Shown here in pieces: positions 48,369-52,185 of a stretch of DNA of 52,185 nt. The notes below the pieces were generated by a model. That model was not told the DNA's origin and searched no databases. It saw only the letters and a list, made by a program, of their open reading frames with translations. Position 1 is the stretch's first letter. Every line of letters begins with the position of its first letter. The translations under genes were made by a program, and so were the position numbers. This stretch comes from Candidatus Thorarchaeota archaeon SMTZ1-45 (GTDB taxonomy: Archaea; Asgardarchaeota; Thorarchaeia; Thorarchaeales; Thorarchaeaceae), in NCBI GenBank assembly GCA_001563335.1, contig LRSL01000089.1, positions 1-52,185 on the forward strand, read 5' to 3'.

Positions 48369-49625
48369 TTAGTAATAGGGGTCGACAATTGCCTCCAGAC
48401 GTGGAAATAGTGTTCTGACTAGAGGTCGCATCTCTGCAGCACATTGAACATCTGGTTCATGGCCCGTGAGGTCATCAAGAGTCTCGTATCCCATCAATAG
48501 TCTTGTCAAGGAATCAATTGGTATCCTGAGGTTGTAGTTCATTGGATTCTTCTCATCACTCTCGGTTATCCCCTTGAACACACCTCTCTCAAAGGAGAGT
48601 GAATAACCCTCTTTGTAGGTTGTGATCGTTAGTTCTCCAGTGAAGCCATTAAACTCAGTATCCCTCAAACGATCTGAGAAGAGGGGGCTGATGGTCTCAA
48701 TGAATCGCGATATGGATGGGATCTTGACATACCATGCATATCTCCCAATCTCCATCACCTGCACACGTGCACTCACATACTCTCTCACTCTCTTCTGATT
48801 TGGTGGTGCTACTCTGACTGGAATCTCACCCCACTCTTGAGCCCTGGTTAAGGCAAAGCGCATGACAGCATCCGCATGTTGATGGTTGTCCAAATACAGC
48901 TCTACGATATCCAGCCTACTCTCCCACCGAGCAAGGTAGAACACACCTGCTGTCTTCCCCTTCTCCTTTACAAGGTAGAAGAAGAACGCCTCTTGCTCAT
49001 CAGAAGAGGTCTCATAAATGAGGTAAGCTGCATCCTCTGGCCTTAACTTTCGAGTCCAGGTTCTCCAAGGTAGGTGGTTCTCTCGGAAGCTCAGGAACTC
49101 TTTGAAGTTACGAGAAGTCACCGCCTTGAAGGTGACAGGTTCCCTCTCACCCTCAGGGATTTTAGGAATGAGGCTGGGGTTGACAGCGTAGCCACCTCCC
49201 AAACGTGCAGCATACTCGTACCCGAAGTTTCGGTAGAAGTAAGGTATCCCAGCAATGGTCTGGATCACAGGATGAAGCTGAGCCGCGCGTTCCTCAAACT
49301 TTTCATTGAGAAGGTGGATATGTCCTCTGTATCTGTAGGCATTCAGCGTGCCCACCGCCTCCATCTCAACAGAAGGGACTTCAATCCCATCGAGGGTCCA
49401 TGCGTTCTGCAGAAGCATGACACAAGATACAACCTCTCCTGAGTTGGGGTTCTCAATTATGAAACAGTCCTCCCAAGAGAACCGAGGGTAGCGTTCTAGC
49501 ATCACTCGGAGTTGATCTATTACCCCCTCCCCATGGACACCCTTGAAGTGCTCCAGGAGCGCTGGGATGTCATCTCTACTTGCATTCCGCATGACGAGGC
49601 CATCACCTAGGTACTCAGGTTTCAT
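48369..49625 (-). CDS. GNAT acetyltransferase (Eis-like tandem GNAT plus SCP2-like domain)
   Basis: EAVGT...YRYRG and GIPYFYRNFGYEYA motifs. C-terminal LTRLLMGY. Confidence 0.85.
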   Translation of the reverse strand: MKPEYLGDGLVMRNASRDDIPALLEHFKGVHGEGVIDQLRVMLERYPRFSWEDCFIIENPNSGEVVSCVMLLQNAWTLDGIEVPSVEMEAVGTLNAYRYRGHIHLLNEKFEERAAQLHPVIQTIAGIPYFYRNFGYEYAARLGGGYAVNPSLIPKIPEGEREPVTFKAVTSRNFKEFLSFRENHLPWRTWTRKLRPEDAAYLIYETSSDEQEAFFFYLVKEKGKTAGVFYLARWESRLDIVELYLDNHQHADAVMRFALTRAQEWGEIPVRVAPPNQKRVREYVSARVQVMEIGRYAWYVKIPSISRFIETISPLFSDRLRDTEFNGFTGELTITTYKEGYSLSFERGVFKGITESDEKNPMNYNLRIPIDSLTRLLMGYETLDDLTGHEPDVQCAAEMRPLVRTLFPRLEAIVDPYY

Positions 49626-49651
49626 GATAGTAGAAGAAGAGGATTGGCTTC

Positions 49652-50461
49652 TTATAACTTGTCAAAATCATGGAGCGCTCTAATCACATCAACAGTGGTA
49701 ATACCTGTGAATTCATCCCCATCATTAGAGATCCAGCTACCATCTGGTTCTTGTATACTCTCTAATGTACTAATGGCTTTTGAAACTAATTCATCATCCA
49801 CGCCCAGTCCAATATCTCTTAGGCAACGAAGTAACCAAGCAAGGTCTGTCCCATCATGCTCATTCGGTGCGAATTGTACTCTCACTCCTGATAGTAGGTT
49901 TTTGAAGACGTCCGACTCTGGTCCTGGATGGTAGTTGAACATCACCAGTGCATCCCAGCTCGCATAGAGGTATCCCCGAATAAGACCAGACGACTTCATG
50001 TGTTGCATTAGGAACTCCGCTGGGCAACCCTTCGTTCCAGGTGGTTCAGCTCGACCAAAACGGATGAACCAATGAGCACAGCACGCTGTCAACCAAGTAC
50101 GTGTATTGAGTTCACTGGGCATCATGAATGGAGGTGGCTCGAAACCTCTGACCTCCTCAATCTCATCCCATCCTCCGTCATTTTGTTGATGCTTAAGAAG
50201 GAAATCGAATGTCTTATCGACAAGTGGTCCCTTTCGAAATGAGAAGTCATCAAGCCAACCAACAATATTCAAGGTTGATGTTATACTGCTCACATCTTGT
50301 TTCCAGAAGGCAAAACCTCCATCAGACTTCCTCATGTTCTCTATTTTGCCTAGGACATGCCTACTGGGTTTCCTATTCTCTAGAATAGCCTCAAGCCTGG
50401 CATTCAGTATCTCATCACCTAGACTCTCCACAAATGTTGATGCCTTTCTCACGTCGACCAA
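49652..50461 (-). CDS. Prenyltransferase/squalene-oxidase (QW) repeat protein
   Basis: RKSDGGF, FLLKHQQNDGGW and LESIQEPDGSW repeats. Confidence 0.82.
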   Translation of the reverse strand: MVDVRKASTFVESLGDEILNARLEAILENRKPSRHVLGKIENMRKSDGGFAFWKQDVSSITSTLNIVGWLDDFSFRKGPLVDKTFDFLLKHQQNDGGWDEIEEVRGFEPPPFMMPSELNTRTWLTACCAHWFIRFGRAEPPGTKGCPAEFLMQHMKSSGLIRGYLYASWDALVMFNYHPGPESDVFKNLLSGVRVQFAPNEHDGTDLAWLLRCLRDIGLGVDDELVSKAISTLESIQEPDGSWISNDGDEFTGITTVDVIRALHDFDKL

Positions 50462-50589
50462 GGAAAGTACCCCTTCCTTTACACAAATCCTGTTTTGAAA
50501 TACGCCTCACAGCCTTTGAAATTAATGTTTCAATGCATATGTAAAAGTGGAAGCCTCTTATGTCATTGGGAGTCTTTTTGTACAGTAAG

Positions 50590-50985
50590 ATGTCATTTGA
50601 GATACACACAGAAGGATCTTGCATTGGAAAACGTGGTAGTTGGTCCTATAGAGTTGAACATAGGCACAGTGAGTCTGTTGTTGCAACCCTCCATTCTGAT
50701 TCTGGTGAAGCATCTGGTACAACCGACATTCAGATGAAGCTGATGGCTATACTCAAGGCGCTGGCTTTTGTCAGATCGATTGTTTCTGACGAACTCATCA
50801 TCATCAAGTCTGACTGTGCCCTTTGTATCAAGTGCATAACTAGGGAGTTCGACTGTACCAGCGATGATGCCTTCAAGAGGGACAAAGTGACGAGAGGGTT
50901 TGTGCAATATCTTCAGGAGATCTGGTGGAAGATGAGCGGACTAAATGTGCAGTTCGAGTGCAGCACTGATTCAGTCCCCCTGTGA
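50590..50985 (+). CDS. RNase H-fold protein with degenerate catalytic residues
   Basis: IHTEGSC, G...TTDIQMKLMAILKAL, IIIKSD and VQFE align with RNase HI elements. Confidence 0.65.
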   Translation: MSFEIHTEGSCIGKRGSWSYRVEHRHSESVVATLHSDSGEASGTTDIQMKLMAILKALAFVRSIVSDELIIIKSDCALCIKCITREFDCTSDDAFKRDKVTRGFVQYLQEIWWKMSGLNVQFECSTDSVPL

Positions 50986-51014
50986 AAAATCAATTGGCGA
51001 AGGAGGAGACCATA

Positions 51015-51896
51015 TCATCCCTTAAGAAATTCATGCAGCAGTTTCAGATACTCGTCCATTCTTGTTATCGAGGGCATGTGCCCCTCCTCAAGGAAGACAT
51101 GTGTTCTTGCGTTTGGATACATCCTGTCAAGAGCCTCAGAAGATCCTTCAAGTACTCCCGGATCATCCCTCGACTTGATTATCAACACCTTTGTGTCCCA
51201 CTGACTTGTGCTCTCTGGAGTGAACTGATGGTTCAACTGGAAGTCAATCAACCCCTCAAAATGACAGACAAGTTCCTTCTTTGTGTACAATCCACGTACA
51301 AATAACTCGTCGACCAGCGATTCGTAGACAGTCCTTTGGTCCTCCTCGATTCCTTCAAGCATTCGTTTGAACGCCCTCTTCGCAATCTGCGTGACCAATC
51401 TCCCGGGTAAAATTCGAATCAGACCGAGCCTTCTCTTCAGTAGCTTGACCACGCTGGGGTCGTCAGATATAGTTCCAGTGTTTGCTATGATTGCATGACT
51501 GACTCGCTGAGGAACAATGTGGAGAATGCTCTGAAGGACAATGCCCCCATAGGAACTCCCGATGATCGAGAACCTGTCAATCTGCTCATGGTCTAGAATG
51601 GATAGGACTCCTCTTACAAGCACATTCATGCTCCCAGTTGTGGGGTAGGATGGCGCGATGATTCTATAGTCTTTCTCAAGCTGCTCCAAGAGTTGCCATC
51701 CGATGCTTGGATGACGGAGACCTCCAGGGAGCATGACTAGGGTCTGCTTATCCGTTCCACAGTCAAGATACTCCCAAACATGCGTATTGACAGTGATGGT
51801 CTTGGGTATGTGAGTTTCTCTGAATCGCCAGATTTGTTCTCTCATGGACTGAGAGACCTCTGAGAATACTCTCTCGAACGTTTCATCTGACATCAA
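51015..51896 (-). CDS. Alpha/beta fold hydrolase
   Basis: LVMLPGG, IGSSYGG, SRDDP and GH motifs. Confidence 0.88.
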   Translation of the reverse strand: MMSDETFERVFSEVSQSMREQIWRFRETHIPKTITVNTHVWEYLDCGTDKQTLVMLPGGLRHPSIGWQLLEQLEKDYRIIAPSYPTTGSMNVLVRGVLSILDHEQIDRFSIIGSSYGGIVLQSILHIVPQRVSHAIIANTGTISDDPSVVKLLKRRLGLIRILPGRLVTQIAKRAFKRMLEGIEEDQRTVYESLVDELFVRGLYTKKELVCHFEGLIDFQLNHQFTPESTSQWDTKVLIIKSRDDPGVLEGSSEALDRMYPNARTHVFLEEGHMPSITRMDEYLKLLHEFLKG

Positions 51897-52015
51897 CTAT
51901 TCCCTCCTGAATCCAGAAATCATCGACAAGCGACGTTTCCTGATTTCCGCAGATAACGCTTCTTGTATCAGCATATTGAGCAGTCTACACTTGTCACTAT
52001 TGTGGCGTAGTAGTG

Positions 52016-52183
52016 TTATTCTTCTCTCATTTTTTGCTTTGAAAAGAAAGATATCAAATATCCATCTGGATCCTTGAAAGTGAACTCCCTGTCTCCCCAT
52101 GGCTTGTTTTCAATATCATCTATGATTTCTAAGTTGCCTTGGTATCTCTCGTATAGTATGTCCACGTCTTCGACTCGAATATA
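52016..52183 (-). CDS. VOC/glyoxalase (bleomycin-resistance-like) protein, C-terminal part (5' partial, not in the ORF track)
   Basis: Manual translation gives YIRVEDVDILYERY...ENKPWGDREFTFKDPDGYLISF...REE*. Confidence 0.85.
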   Translation of the reverse strand, partial: YIRVEDVDILYERYQGNLEIIDDIENKPWGDREFTFKDPDGYLISFFSKQKMREE

Positions 52184-52185
52184 GA

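Noticed and set aside
386-51305. Numerous short antisense or overlapping ORFs in the six-frame track
   Set aside because: They shadow well-supported genes and lack motifs or start signals.
51897-52100. 67-aa ORF in the track
   Set aside because: It overlaps, in another frame, a clear VOC-family C-terminus ending at 52016.

Overview
This is a gene-dense archaeal window, probably from an Asgard archaeon of the Thorarchaeia type. That assignment is inferred from gene content, including a giant Ig-like surface protein with a cytoplasmic longin/roadblock-like tail, SBBP and Kelch propeller surface proteins, and archaeal-type small regulators. About 55 CDS encode mostly accessory metabolism, detoxification, hydrolases, regulators and surface proteins. 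I saw no rRNA, tRNA, CRISPR array or transposase. Main points of interest: (1) an SGNH/GDSL hydrolase gene split by a 208-bp, strongly self-complementary insert flanked by a 3-bp direct repeat, whose removal restores the reading frame; (2) a two-gene module present twice in opposite orientation at 27.3-33.7 kb, consisting of an HTH/Cys-cluster regulator overlapping a membrane-anchored beta-propeller with a conserved N-terminal CP[IL]PP motif, each copy next to a Kelch-repeat gene, which is a candidate transmembrane sensor/anti-regulator system; one regulator copy appears to start at ACG; (3) small lesions: a 24-bp tandem duplication in an aldo/keto reductase and loss of the catalytic-Asp segment from a MutY-like glycosylase; (4) a degenerate RNase H-fold protein; (5) several perfect palindromes. 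All calls come from motif recognition by eye, and no searches were run.
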